A DNA stretch of 64,000 nt from Lytechinus pictus (lineage: Eukaryota), in NCBI RefSeq assembly GCF_037042905.1, contig NC_087246.1, positions 1,116,001 to 1,180,000 on the forward strand. Direction: 5' to 3'. A program made the position numbers and the translations under genes. Shown piece after piece: positions 1-13,079 of the stretch. How positions within the stretch are numbered: the first letter of the stretch is position 1; every line of letters starts with the position of its first letter. The notes beneath the pieces are model-generated. The model was not told the origin of the DNA. It did no database searches and worked only from the letters and a program-made list of their open reading frames with translations.

Positions 1-3000
1 TTTTCCTCTTCCATGTCTTGTTCCCCATCTTCTCCTTGTTTCTTCTGCCTCTCCACCTCCTCATCTAACCAATTCTTCTCTCCGTAAGTCTTCATCATCT
101 CAAGGCGAAGTTTATTCAGGATCTTCCTATTAGGTTTAGCTCTGGGTGTGTTATGGGTCAGTCCTGTCACGCTCAATTCAGCTTCCTAGAATGAAGAATT
201 TCATTGATAATAACTTCCATCAATTCAAGTGAGATAAATATGGATCTACTGAGTGCCTTGCTTCCAGTTCAAGATAAACTAAGATGGCTTCACAGTCGCA
301 TAGAAATGTGTCCTGGACATACATTTGAATGTTTTGTGCATGTTATAACACATACATACATACTCATACCATTGAGGCATGGTATGTTATGGGCACAAAT
401 AAAGTTGATGCTGGAAATGAATTGTGATTACAGCTCAATTTTTCAATTCTTACAATAATGTTGCAAATTCAATGGTTATAATAACAGTCTATCTACATGG
501 TTGATATAGTATAATGTCGGTTTTCTGTATTCTTTAATTTTCGAGGTATTCATATGTATTTACAATGTGTGTTTTTTCCCAACCTTAAGTCCTTGTCTAT
601 ATTTCATTATTCAAATATATTCACCTTCTTCTCTCTATTGATCTCACTAGATCCCTTTCCATACATCTTGATGATAGCTCCCCAACTTCTTAGCTCAGGA
701 TGGAGTTGCTGAACAGATGCGAAAACAATCAATATTGATACATTATATAGAATATTTGCGGTCAATTTACAAATTAATGGGAAACCCTGGGAAGCAGCAT
801 TACTGTATTTTGATGTAAGGACATAACTGAGAAGGAGGGAGGGGGGGGGGGGTAATATTTCCACCTTAACACAGTTATAAAAAAAAATCTTAAATGAAAA
901 ACATGTTGAATAAATTAATAATATATTTTTTAATGGTATCTCTGTTGTCATATCTCGTATATGAGAAGATATTTCTTAAGAATTGCGGAGTAAAACCAAT
1001 GTAATTTTATCATGGCCAATTATTCTAAACAAAGAGGGGAGGGGCATTTCATCAACATTCATCATCCTTGGTTTTGATTGGCTAAGCATAGATTTCTCTC
1101 TGTTTCTATGGTAACTGGTAGATAATGACAACTTCTCTGTGCTTACGACTTTCATGAAACTGTCCCATAACCTAGTACATAATATATCAATAGTTAGGTA
1201 CTATATCTCATGATATATTGACTTACTTTTAATAGCTTCTGAGCTCCTTGTTGTTTTCCATTGGCTTTATTTTTGCACATTCCCTAGAGAGAAAGAAAAT
1301 CAGATAAGATTAGAGGTAAGGAAAAGAGGGAGAAACATGAGAGAAAACAAGAGTTGAGGAAGGGGAGAGGGGAAGGGAGAGAGATGGGAATGGAGGTAAT
1401 AGAGAGTGGGTGGGGGGGGGGGGGGACAAAGATAGAGCGCATAAAGAGAAAACACACGGCTCCTTAGAACCTAAGTTTATTGTTGTGCCAACACCATTCT
1501 AATGACATGAAATATTGCACTGTGATTCTAAACCTTCAAGTTTTTAATGTATTTTGGGGGGACATGTCGGTCAACAAACACATACTTTGCTTGCTGTTCT
1601 GTAAGAACCTGTATCACTCAAGAAACAAATTCAAGGGTCAAGATAATTTAATGTCATATAAAAAAATAAAAAAACTGTTTGGGAGCTATTAATTAATAAC
1701 AGAGTGAACAACACATATAAATATACACTGGTATAATATACATTTAAAAATTAAAACTACATTAACTGTAAGCGAAATGTGTTTTTTATTCACATACAGT
1801 CGACAAAATGTTCTGAAAAATCATCGTTTTTATTGTCATATACCATTTATTTACCATTTGTAAACATCTTCTACAATTCCCTTTTTGTATACAGAATGTA
1901 GAGTACCATACTAAGGTCATAATAACATACTCACCGTTACTTTATGTGGACCTAGAGTGAGAGTGTATTCACTACGTTGATGATCTTTGAGTTTTATATT
2001 CATACTGAACTTTGTATCTGCCATACCATGACTCCTACATTAGGAAAGTAAAATACACCTTTAATAAGACTTGCACAGTGATAAAAACTTGTATAGACAG
2101 AAGATAGATACTTATAGGAGAAACTGTGTATTGATAGATAATGGAAGTAACAATGCATGTTGAAGAGCTGGTAGTAACTGTATTGTTATAATAAAGCTGG
2201 TCTCTGTCTTACAAGAAACTTGATTATACCTGTTATATATTAATCATTGTTTTGATCGCATCTAAAAGTGGAAAAGATACAAGTTTTCATTAAAATTCAA
2301 ATGTAATTTTATAAAATATCAGATGATAGCAGAATCAGCTAGCTTTAACTAGAATTTCGTAAGTGAACTGGCCTGAATATGATAACATCTAAGGCCTAGA
2401 ATCTAGGTTTAATTAGAAAATGACAATTTTATTACAACAGTTTAAGATAGATCAAATGGTGTCTTTGTTTTAATTGCATTTTTACCTTTGTATATATTCT
2501 TGAAGAACCTGCCATGGAGTGAGTTGTCCTGCCTTCATACATAGATCATAGATCCTTATATCATCAATAGCTACATGGTCAAAATACTGGGGGAAACAAA
2601 GAATATAAATCATTACTTCTGCTTCATACATAGATCCTTACATCATAAATGGCAACACGGTCCAAATACTGAGGAAACAAAGAATATAAATCATCACTTC
2701 TACCGCTTCATACATAGATCCTTACATCATAAATGGTAACACGGTCCAAATACTGAGGAAACAAAGAATATAAATCATCACTTCTACCGCTTCATACATA
2801 GATCCTTACATCATAAATGGTAACACGGTCCAAATACTGAGGAAACAAAGAATATAAATCATTACTTCTACCGCTTCATACATAGATCCTTACATCATAA
2901 ATGGCAACATGGTCCAAATACTGGGGGAAACAAAGAATATATATCATTACTTCTACCGCTTCATACATAGATCCTTACATCATAAATGGTAACATGGTCC

Positions 3001-6000
3001 AAATACTGAGGAAACAAAGAATATAAATCATCACTTCTACCGCTTCATACATAGATCCTTACATCATAAATGGCAACACGGTCCAAATACTGAGGAAACA
3101 AAGAATATACTGTAGAAACAAAGTCATTGATGTTCGTACTTATCTTGCACCCGTTCACAAGTTCTTGTGGGTTCACAGATGGCTGACTAGACCAATCTTT
3201 ACCCCCCCAAAAAATCTAGTGCAGTGTGGACAAGTTAACACAGGCGGTGGGTTAGGTGCAGTAATGGCGTTTGCTCTGCCTTTCCAACACAGGGTTTTGT
3301 TCTTAATTGTCCACCTGAATCGACTTGTAGCCCGACACACCAGCCCTAACCACTGGTCAGGCAGAATGGTCCTGAGTTGATTCTTCCATGGTTTCTAAGA
3401 TGTATATATTTATATATATGCATGATGGTAAATTGATTCAAATGCAGCAAAAGTAATTCTAAAAAGACATTTGGGAAATCTGATGATAATAATCCTGAAA
3501 ACACCATTCTAAAAAAAAGATAAGAAATAATCTTACCTCTGTATCGGATGGTGCCTTTTCTTTGAAGTCTGAGATGAGTTCTGGTACTAAGATATCTAAA
3601 GTTTTCTTTGCTGAAATAAGAGAGAACAACAAAAATGATTTTAAAAATTGATTATAAATTATGAGCAATTAGGCATCGATGAAGTGATTATATTTTCATT
3701 ATCTGAAATGATATATAAGAACAATACTGAAGAAAGGCAGAGAAAATGGTAACTATGAACATGACCTTGAGAGGACATTGAGAAGGAATGGGAAAAGAGA
3801 ATTCTTTCTATCATCGGATATGATATAGTATTATATTGGAATGCTATACCGGAGAAGGTGGTAAGACTGTGGTTGTGTGTGATCATGACCTTGATAGAAC
3901 GGTTGAGCAAATGCCGTGTCACCGATAGAACATCATTGATTTAGAAAGAATGAGGAATGGGAAAACAAAAAGAGATAGAGAACAAGAGAGAGAGACCTGG
4001 AGCCTGTTGCAGAAAGAGTTGCGTTTAAACGCAAGTCAAAACATCAAGCGCAAGTCCCGAATGCCGGTGCTTTATTGGCTGAAAATCAAGTTGCGCAAGA
4101 TTTTTTGAGTTGCGTTTGATTGCAACTCTTTCTGCAACAGGCCCCAGGAGGGGTATTACTTACCTGCTTCAGCTTTAGCTAATCTTTTACTGGTCGCTTC
4201 TCCTCTACCATACTTCACACCTTTGATCTCAACTACAGCTTCAAATGGAGCACTAGCATTCCCTAAACAACAAAAGAAGTCATTTCATTCATTCAGTAAA
4301 TGATTCTTTTGCTTATTACAAACATACTATGTTTGTACAATGAAGCCCAACAGATACAGAGAAAATTTGCTCTATATTTCATCTATGAGAAAAATGTACA
4401 CAATGTCCTTCATACTTCAAGTTATTTCAGTCAGCAATAATCACTATCAGAAATAAACAGCAATTAAAATAATATACTTGTAGCATGATTGATACTTTTA
4501 TCACAACTTATCAAGCATTAAAATATTAACATAGGGATCAATCCAAGTGCTGATGAACAATCACTTAAAAACATATAGCTCTCAATAAATATATCAAGGT
4601 ATTGATGTAGCTCTTTTCAAAACATTTGCCATAATAAGCAATGGATATAAAGACTTACTGCTCTCCCCAAAGACATACTGAGGTTGAGTTCTCATGACTC
4701 TCTGTGCATACTCATGAAGAATACATACTGGGGTCTTATCCTGAGCATTGATAACAAATTCTACCAAAAGAGAGACAAAAAAAACCAGAAGAATATCAGT
4801 AACTTCATTAGTAATACAAAGGATACAACATACAGCTTTCAGAAAATCAATGAAGTTATGACTGGGTTATTTTAGCTAGTTTTCACGTTTTCTCTCCCCT
4901 CTCCCATCCACTACCGCCTCAACTTTTTCTCCATTCTCCTTCTTCAACCCCCTTCCATCATGTCCACCCATACTCCCTTTGCTCTCTCTCTCTCTCTACA
5001 TCCTTTTTCTAACCCTCCCCTGTCCCTCCCATCTCTGACATCATTCACCGTTCTTTTAACAAGCCCACTTATGAAAATAACCAGAAATATCGTGATTTGC
5101 GAGGGCACGCAACAGAATTGTATCAAAACTTCATTGTGAAATGACTGGGATGGAATAACATTTGTCATAAAAGCCTTGCACGTACACTTTAATGTTGACC
5201 TGAAAATGACCTTTGACCTTACCATGTGACCTCCGACTGCAGCATAACATGCAGGTCGCCTAAGTACATCTACCATCCAAGTTTTGTTGACAAGTGACTT
5301 CCGGTTGCGGAGTCAGGTGTCATAAGAGAGTCTTGCATGTAAACTTTAACGTTGACCTGAAAATGACCTTTGACCTTACCATGTTACCTCCGACTGCAGC
5401 ATAACATACAGGTCCCCCAAAGTCCATCTACCATCCAACTTTGGTTGAAAAGTGACTTACGGTTGCGGAGTTAGGTGTCATAAGAGTCTTGCATGTAAAC
5501 TTTAACGTTGACCTGAAAAAGTCCTTTGACCTTACCATGTGACCTCCGACTGCAGCATAAGATGCAAGTTCCCCAATTTCATCTACCATCCAAGTTTGGT
5601 TGAAAAGTGACTTATGGTTGCAGAGTTAGGTGTCATAAGAGAGTCTTGCATGTAAACTTTAACGTTGACCTGAAAATGACCTTTGACCTTACCATGTGAC
5701 CTCTGACTGCAGCATAACATGCAGGTCCCCCAAGTCCATCTACCATCCAAGTTTGGTTGAAAAGCGACTTACAGTTGTGACGGACGGATGACAGACGACG
5801 GACGACATTTGGATCCCTTAAGTCTCGCCTTCACCTCTGGTGGGCGAGACAAAAACCTCTCTCTTCTTACTCTTTCAAGAATCAAGTATCAGTGATCAAA
5901 GTCAGTATTGATCATAGAGCAAGAAAATAACTATAAGTAAAATGGGCTTTAAAGGGATGGTCCGGGCTGAAAATATTCATATCTAAATAGAGTAAAATTC

Positions 6001-9000
6001 ACAGAGCAAAATGCTGAAAATATCATCAAAATCGGATAACAAAGTTATTGAATTTTAAAGTTTCTCAATATTTTGTGAAAACAGTTATATACACATTGTC
6101 ATATGTTATTATCGTCTTATGTTATTACATGAAATCATAAATGTTTCATATTTTCATACATGTGTAAATGATGTGTCTCCATTATGATGAAATAAGCTGC
6201 GGCAATAAATAACTAATGCACTTAAACAGTTGTCAATCCAATTGTTATAGTTCTTGGTAGAAAAATTTTAAACAAACCTAATTTCATATAATAAAACACA
6301 AAAGAACAAGTGGGGATATGACATCATCAGCCCACCTAATGAATATTCATAAAGACATGCCTAGAACTGTTTCACCGGAATAATGCAAATCTTTAAAATT
6401 CAATAACTTTGTACTTATTTGTTTTCCGATTTTGATAAAATTTTCAGCATTTTGCTTTGTGAATTTTACTCTATTTTTTTTAGATATAAATATCTCCAGC
6501 CTGGACCATCCCTTTAAATCATTATCTATTCCATGGCCTGAAAATTGATCTGCCAGGTTTTGGCTGAAAGAAGGGCATCCAAAGGAGCATTTCATCAACA
6601 TTTGGTGTGTGACAAGTTGACAACTATCCTTGGTTTTGATTGGCTGAAAAGCACAGCTGACAGACTGTTAGTTACTATAGTAACTGTTGGATATATCAGA
6701 CTTTTTCAAATAAAAAATCTGATAAGTGCTTAAATGATATGATCTTCCTGAATTTATTCAAGAACAAAGACGCTTACCTCTGCCGGTATTTCCTTCCAGC
6801 TGACATCGTAACACCTTAGGACCTCCAGGCTATATCATCAAAACAGAACAAATATCAATTTATTTAATAGTTAATTTGCTTGATCAATAGTATATTATGA
6901 TATACATCTTCAATGCATTCAAGCATTCATTGATGCATTTTTGGCTATATTGTTATACCGAGGTTGTTTTATCTGACTGCTAAGAAAGCACGAATGCCTG
7001 TGAGCAAGCAACCAGGGGACCAACGGCTTAAGGTCCTCTCTGAGGGTCCTGGTAATGAGGATAAATGCCTTACCAAAGGGCACTAGCGCACCACTTGGGA
7101 ATCGAACCCGGGTCACCGGAATCCGAAACCCCCGCTCTACCGACTGAGCTATCGCGCCTCCCTTAAAGAATAAAGCTATAGAATAGAAAAACAACAATAA
7201 CACCACACATTTTGTCTTCTTCATAATTACACTGTGAAATGATCTATGTTGCTTTTAAAACAATTATTTCAACTCGTAAATCCATCCACAGGCTAACTGG
7301 CAAATGTGATAAATTTTCTCATAGAAAATTGCAACAAAATAATGGTGTAAAACTACAAACTAGTTTTGTGAGAAAAAAAACATTAAAAACAAAAAAAAAC
7401 ACTGAATTTACCTGACCATGTCTTTATAAAAAATAAAAGTGAAGAGACAGGGAAACAGATAAACAGAAACAGATAACAAACAAAGAATAGATTTAAAAGT
7501 AAACTTACAAATTGAGGTCGTTCTTTATTTTTCACTGCTTTGGTGTACTTTCTTCTTGATGCCCAAGATCTAAAAAAAAAAGAAAACAGTTACAGCATCT
7601 TGATTTACAGTCCGACCTCTCTTATCCGGCCTCCCCTTATCTGGATCTCTCTTTTATCCAGACGCACACTTGCCGAGATTTTTTTTTTTAAATCTATTAC
7701 GGGGGAAATGAGATTTCAATCTAAACTCAAAATTCCTACGCAAAATCACTTTGATTACATACATTTTCCAATATAGTCTACCTACAACCACATTATTTTT
7801 AATGAAAATATCTTACCCAAATCACAGAAAGAACTTAGACAGGATAATTTTCCAGTAAATCAGGGCGCAGCACAACCATTTTATCACATTCTCTTTTTTT
7901 TCCAGGAAAATCAACACATGTCTCACCAGCTAGCGCTAGCCCTCGATATGGACAGTGCCATCTATCATGTTTGATCCTATAGTCATAGCAATGGCTGACT
8001 TTGTGATGCTCGCCACAACGATCCAAATTTAAAACTTAGTTTCATTGAGTTATTCTCTTTCTTTCGAGGTATGCGCGATGTATATCTCAATTATTTCAGC
8101 AGGTAAATTATCCAAGCGTTTTGGTAACCAATCGATTTCATTTCTGTAAAAAAAAACGCCTATATTTTGCACTGACACTGCAGTGAATACTGTCTGCGTA
8201 CGCCCACTACAATACTACATGTAGCTACCATAGGGGAGGCAGATGCATGTACATGTATTTAATATTGGGTCTCCCAGATCTGGATAAATCCCTTATCCGG
8301 ACTGGTGCTGGTCCCAACATGTCCGGATAAGAGAGGTTGAACTGTATTAACAAATGATCTGAGACATATGTTTATACATCTAATGAGTCAGTAGAAAATA
8401 TCAAAATAATTTTATGTAAATAATCCTCTATTTCGGCTTCGGACATTTTAATAAAGATGACCTTATTTTACAGAACATTATTATGTATGATACTTTTCTG
8501 TGAGTACAGATAATAACACCTTAATGAAAAATAACAACATCACCTGGTCAACTAAATCTCACAGACAAAGGTGTATTCACATCATCTATTGTTGCATTCT
8601 TGGATGGCTACACGAAACTGTACTTGGTTTTCTAATAGTTTGATATTTAGTTTTTGTTAAAGAAGCATTGTTGTTATTTGTTGCCAATGAAAAAAATATA
8701 GAGTTTCTTTAACCCTAAAATGACTGGGGGGGGGGGGCCATGATGGGTTCGCGCAATATTTCCAAAACGCAAAAAGATGTGTGCATGAAATTCTTAGTTA
8801 AAACTGTTGAACTGTTAAAAAGTAAAAAAATAATATAAAATTTATGTACTCACTTGAATCTCTTGATGGCTATTTTTTCAAACTGGAATATTCTAGATAA
8901 GTACTCTTGAAGATCCTTAACATCTGTACAATAAATAAATTAGAAATATGAGCCATATAAAAATATGATTAATCAATATTCATACTTTAGAAAATGGTAC

Positions 9001-12000
9001 ATTAGGTAAAACATGTAATATCTCTTGATCACAAGATTTGTCTGTATTTTATCTCATCAAATATAATGGTAAAAAAAAGATAAATCAAGAAATTGAAGAT
9101 GGGGATGATACATAACATTGAAACAGTAAGCACAAAATACAGGTTAAATACAATATGTAATTTAGAATGGATAGAAGTGGGAAAAAGGGTTACTTACACA
9201 AAATCTTAATTTTCTCTGATGAATCACATCAATTCTGATGGAAACATCCTTTAAGTTCACAAAAGGCAAAATAGTAACACATAAGCCTAAAATACCACCA
9301 AGTGATGAACTTACCTACAGAATCATCTTCACATATATGAACACGATTCTTCTTAAACTTTGACACCTCTCCTTTAGACTCTTGTCCTTTCATCTCAGTA
9401 TCAGGATTGGTCTTATTATTTTCTCCTTTAGGACAGGTGGAATGCTGATCAGGTATATCTCCATTAGGAAGATCTGCATAATACACAAGGATACATGACA
9501 AATGAAAGAAATTGACTAAATTATAGCTAATGTCCTCCAACACATTACAATGAAAGAAACTCATCCGATCAAACCACCTGTACATAATCGCAAGGGAATT
9601 CAGTCTCCAGGAATATTTGTCAATTATAAAGTTGACCATATTTTCAAGGAACTTCCTTCCATCTGCTTGACATCCTCTCACTTGATACTTGCCAGATTTG
9701 GCATCAGTTTTACCTGCAAAAATGCCAAATCTCCAAAAAAAGGAGGAATTGAAACAAAAAAGATAGAGAGTAGGACAAAATAAATTGCCCCACAGTTTGA
9801 CCAAACAAATATCTTGAAGTAACTTTTCAAGTTGCTTAGACTAAGAGGAGTACCTGAAGGTATTGCCTTTATGTCTTTGGCATCTGATTCTCCCTTCTTC
9901 TCTTTCTCCAGGGCACGACTGTAATGCATACAGGGTATAGCAGCTACTGGAACACGGTGGCGCTATCAATGAAATAAACAGCAGAATCTCAGTAAAAGAT
10001 AACATGATCACAAAATGTTTATTCAATTGGCTTGAAAATTTAACAGCTGAGGTACAAAATGAAGCCCTTATTGATGTTTTAGGGGCAAGATCATTGCCAC
10101 TCCCCACCCAGGTGTATGTATTATGTATGACAACTGAAAAACATATAAAAGCAAATGCAAACACACCATAAAATTTCCTGGCTGTAAAGTATTACCTGTT
10201 AACCACTTGATAAGTTGGATGAACAACATAGTTACAAAAGTAATCTGACATGAAGCTGACATTTAAAAAAAAATATCTTCTAGAATCCCCACCAGAAGTA
10301 ATACCATACCGCCCTTTCACACGGTACCAAGATCGTAATTTGAATGATTCCAGTGAAAAATAATTCTATTGACGAATTTTTAGCACGTGTGAAACCAAAC
10401 TAGAATCACGAACGCCATTGACAATCAAGAATTCAAATTCTACTACGGAGGTGAATTCCAGTGAAGTTTCACTGAAATTACGGTACAAAGTTTACGTCTG
10501 AAACGGTTTACCTCCAAAACATCTTTTGAGGGGCGGTGCTTACGTGACCTTTCAAGCACTTCCATAGATAATACATTGTCATGCACTCATCGTAGTTTCT
10601 TTTTTGCGATGCAGTGCTTTGATTGGGTTTGATCGACAAGTCACCAAAGACACAATACCGCCTTCGCTCAGAAATTCAAATTCAAATCAGTTTTTCGAGT
10701 GAAAGTGTGAATGGTACAATGATTCTATTATTAAGACAAATAGCAATCATCATCACAATGATGATTGTGTGAAAAGGCCCATAATACCATGAGAACAAAG
10801 AACATCTTACAAGCAAGGTCAAAATCTTAACTGTAGAGGAAATTATCTTCTGTCTCTGAATACAATTAAAAATAAAACAGATGAGTCTATACAAATTTCC
10901 TGGCATTACATTCCTACAGATTCAAACAGGTTATCTAATACAGTATTAAACAGGTGTTTACAACTTACCCTAGCACTACCTGAGCCTAGAAGGTAAGGTC
11001 TAGACCAGGTACATACTCTTGAAGGTCGATGGAGATAAAGAGGCATCCCACATTGATGACTGATTCTCACCCAACCATCAGGTAAACCTTCTAAAGGCTC
11101 TTGACCTCGTCCTTAAAAATAACAGATGGCAAAAAAACATGGATATTTAACTTGATGGCTTACCAAGTATCAAAATATTAAACAGATAGCATATTGATTG
11201 TCCTCATGGAAGAAAAATGTAATTTGAAGTAAAACTTTTGGAAATATACAATTTTAGCCATTTTGTGTAGAGCAATTGGAATAGTCCCTACCTTAAATCT
11301 CTATGACATCAACAATACAGCCAATTTGAAGTCTCCATATACTATAGTGATCATAACTTTTACAACATTTAAAAATTCAAACTTTGTTATTGTTTTTCCG
11401 ATATTGTTCAAAGTTTCACCTATCTTCTTGAATGATTTTCTTTCTTTTCTAAGAAAACACTTATTTGGGTTGGACTCCCCTTTAATACTGCAATCCCATC
11501 GGCATCTTAATTAGCAGAACTTAATATGTAGTTATTTTTCTGTAGATTATAAATAAGGATGGATTCATTTTCAACTGTTGAAGAACAGAAAAGGGTGATT
11601 ATAAGAAATTGATAATTGTACTTTGACTGTCATTGGGGTGCTGTATGCTGTTAGGTCTTAGAATTCATTCAACCATTTGAAGATTTCCTTAAGATAATAC
11701 ACAGAACAAAATTGGAATAACATGGAATGAAAAAGATAATAAATTCAAGAAGACTCAAAGTATATTAAATCCCCCCCAAAAATAAATATTTTTTTCAAAC
11801 ATTTATAATTTTCACCTCTTTTCTGTTGTGAATTAAAGCTTGAAAACAAAAGTGCTTAGAAAACTTGGGGGCTACATTTTTAAATATTCATTAACTAAAC
11901 AAAATTATTAGTAAATGCAAAGATAACACAATAGTTATTCTATTACTTACTCTTAAGTACTGTTTTTTCCTTGACTCCTATAAGACCTTCAGGGAGAGCA

Positions 12001-13079
12001 CCTTGAGTAAGGACCTTCCTCCATGCCTCTCCAGCCTTCTTCCTTCCTTTCCCTTGTTGTGTACCATCACTTTTACTTTGTTTGTACTGCTCTGGTAATC
12101 CCTCATCTAGAAGAGCATCAAGATCACCTTCACTATCAGAATCCCACTCATCATCTATCATCTCTCCTTCCTCCTCCTCATCTACTTCCTCTTCTACATC
12201 ATCACCATCCTCACCATGAGTACCCTCTGTGATGCTTCCGCCTGCATCATTAGTAGTCTCTGGATTGTTTCTATGTGATAAACCACTAGTATTGTTTGTT
12301 ATGACGTTTTTGCGACTGCCATTATCACTTGTGGAATGTTTCAATTGTAAGAGTTCATCACCAATGTCATGGTTTTCCTCCTCCTCCTCTTCATTATCAC
12401 CATCTTCATCAAGAACTACCATTTCTTCATCACTCGCTCCATCATCCATCCATTCTTCATTATCTTCTTCTGGAATCACTCCATCATCCTCTATCTCTTC
12501 TAATCTTTCTTTTTTTCCTCTTTCTTCCTCCTCCTCTTCTTGTAATTCTTCTCTTCCCTCAAGATGAAATGGGTCTTCTGTTTCCTCCATCATAGAATCA
12601 TTGACTTCAATCTTGACACTGGATTCAAGATTCAATTCTTCTACTCTTTCTTCTTTTACTCTACATACTTCCTCTTCTTCATCTGGTGGTTCCTCTTTTA
12701 TTCTACCATCTGGTGATTCCTCTTTTATTCTACCATCTGGTGATTCCTCTTTTATTCTACTATCTGGTTGAAAGCATTCTCCAGTGTCCTCTATCATAGG
12801 AGAATCATCAACTTCAACCTTAACCACTACGTCTCGATATGTTGATCCAACTAATCGGTGGAAATGATCGTTGTCGTCTAAATCGATATCCAATCCGAGC
12901 AAGGCTGCTGCGCTGTCTGGCTTCGCTTCTTTTAAACTTGACTCAATGTCCCTAATGACATCGGGGAAGGCATCGGCAATATCCCATGCATCATGATCAA
13001 ATGTGATATTTGTTGGGGTGATGTCGACCGGCTGAGAAAGTCGTCGCTTAGGAGGTGAGGATTCATCTAAAGGTTCCAT
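1..13079 (-). CDS. DGCR8: Microprocessor subunit DGCR8/Pasha, multi-exon; 3' end lies beyond the window start
   Basis: Phase-consistent GT-AG exons: 13079-11951 (acidic N-terminus), 11111-10969 ([49 protein letters not shown]/Rhed), 9962-9854 (AIPCMHY, heme-ligand Cys), 9473-9315, 8923-8854, 7569-7509, 6829-6778, 4760-4659 and 4262-4164 (dsRBD1, [14 protein letters not shown]...[18 protein letters not shown]), 3610-3537, 2586-2486, 2034-1935, 1283-1227, 708-625 (dsRBD2), 185-1 ([14 protein letters not shown], Drosha-binding tail). These match vertebrate DGCR8 motifs as I recall them. Confidence 0.95.
2587..3108 (-). repeat. Six-copy ~84-bp tandem repeat derived from a DGCR8 intron/exon boundary
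   Basis: Units start at ~2621, 2705, 2789, 2873, 2958 and 3042. Each reproduces the polypyrimidine-CAG acceptor and the first ~45 nt of exon 2586-2486. Confidence 0.93.
3125..3395 (-). mobile_element. Degenerate 3' fragment of an RTE-type LINE
   Basis: The minus strand encodes an interrupted [26 protein letters not shown], resembling the C-terminal C2H2 motif of RTE ORFs. Confidence 0.6.
3997..4147. mobile_element. Short palindromic MITE (Harbinger-like)
   Basis: Inverted termini CCTGGAGCCTGTTGCAGAAAGAGTTGC ... GCAACTCTTTCTGCAACAGGCCCCAGG. Confidence 0.7.
5071..5855 (+). mobile_element. Non-autonomous Helentron-like (HINE/DINE-type) element with an internal ~118-bp tandem array
   Basis: About five units containing GACCTTTGACC, a GACG microsatellite, and a 3' hairpin GTCTCGCC...GGCGAGAC followed by an A-run. 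A second copy lies at ~16124-16560. Confidence 0.65.
5953..6513. mobile_element. Kolobok-like MITE with TTAA TSD
   Basis: ttaa|AGGGATGGTCCGGGCTG ... CAGCCTGGACCATCCCT|ttaa, with extended subterminal inverted repeats. Confidence 0.75.
6945..7162 (-). mobile_element. tRNA-derived SINE
   Basis: Head GGGAGGCGCGATAGCTCAGTCGGTAGAGCG...GGGTTCGATTCCC (A and B boxes) continues into a GTGCCCTTTGGTAAGGCATTT SINE core. There is no tRNA acceptor stem. Confidence 0.8.
7608..8344. mobile_element. Tc1/mariner-type MITE
   Basis: ta|CAGTCCGACCTCTCTTATCCGG ... CCGGATAAGAGAGGTTGAACTG|ta; TA TSD. Confidence 0.75.
10311..10779. mobile_element. Harbinger-like MITE
   Basis: Termini GCCCTTTCACAC ... GTGTGAAAAGGCC. 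Confidence 0.5.

Noticed and set aside
5170-5770. CRISPR-like periodicity in tandem arrays (also 35380-36300 and 45270-45830)
   Set aside because: Whole units repeat without unique spacers, in a eukaryotic Helentron-like context.
7080-7162. Apparent tRNA gene (also at ~32200-32277 and ~44000-44075)
   Set aside because: A and B boxes are present, but there is no acceptor stem and the sequence continues into SINE bodies.
9229-9804. 191-aa minus-strand ORF
   Set aside because: Only 9473-9315 is a DGCR8 exon; the rest is intronic read-through.
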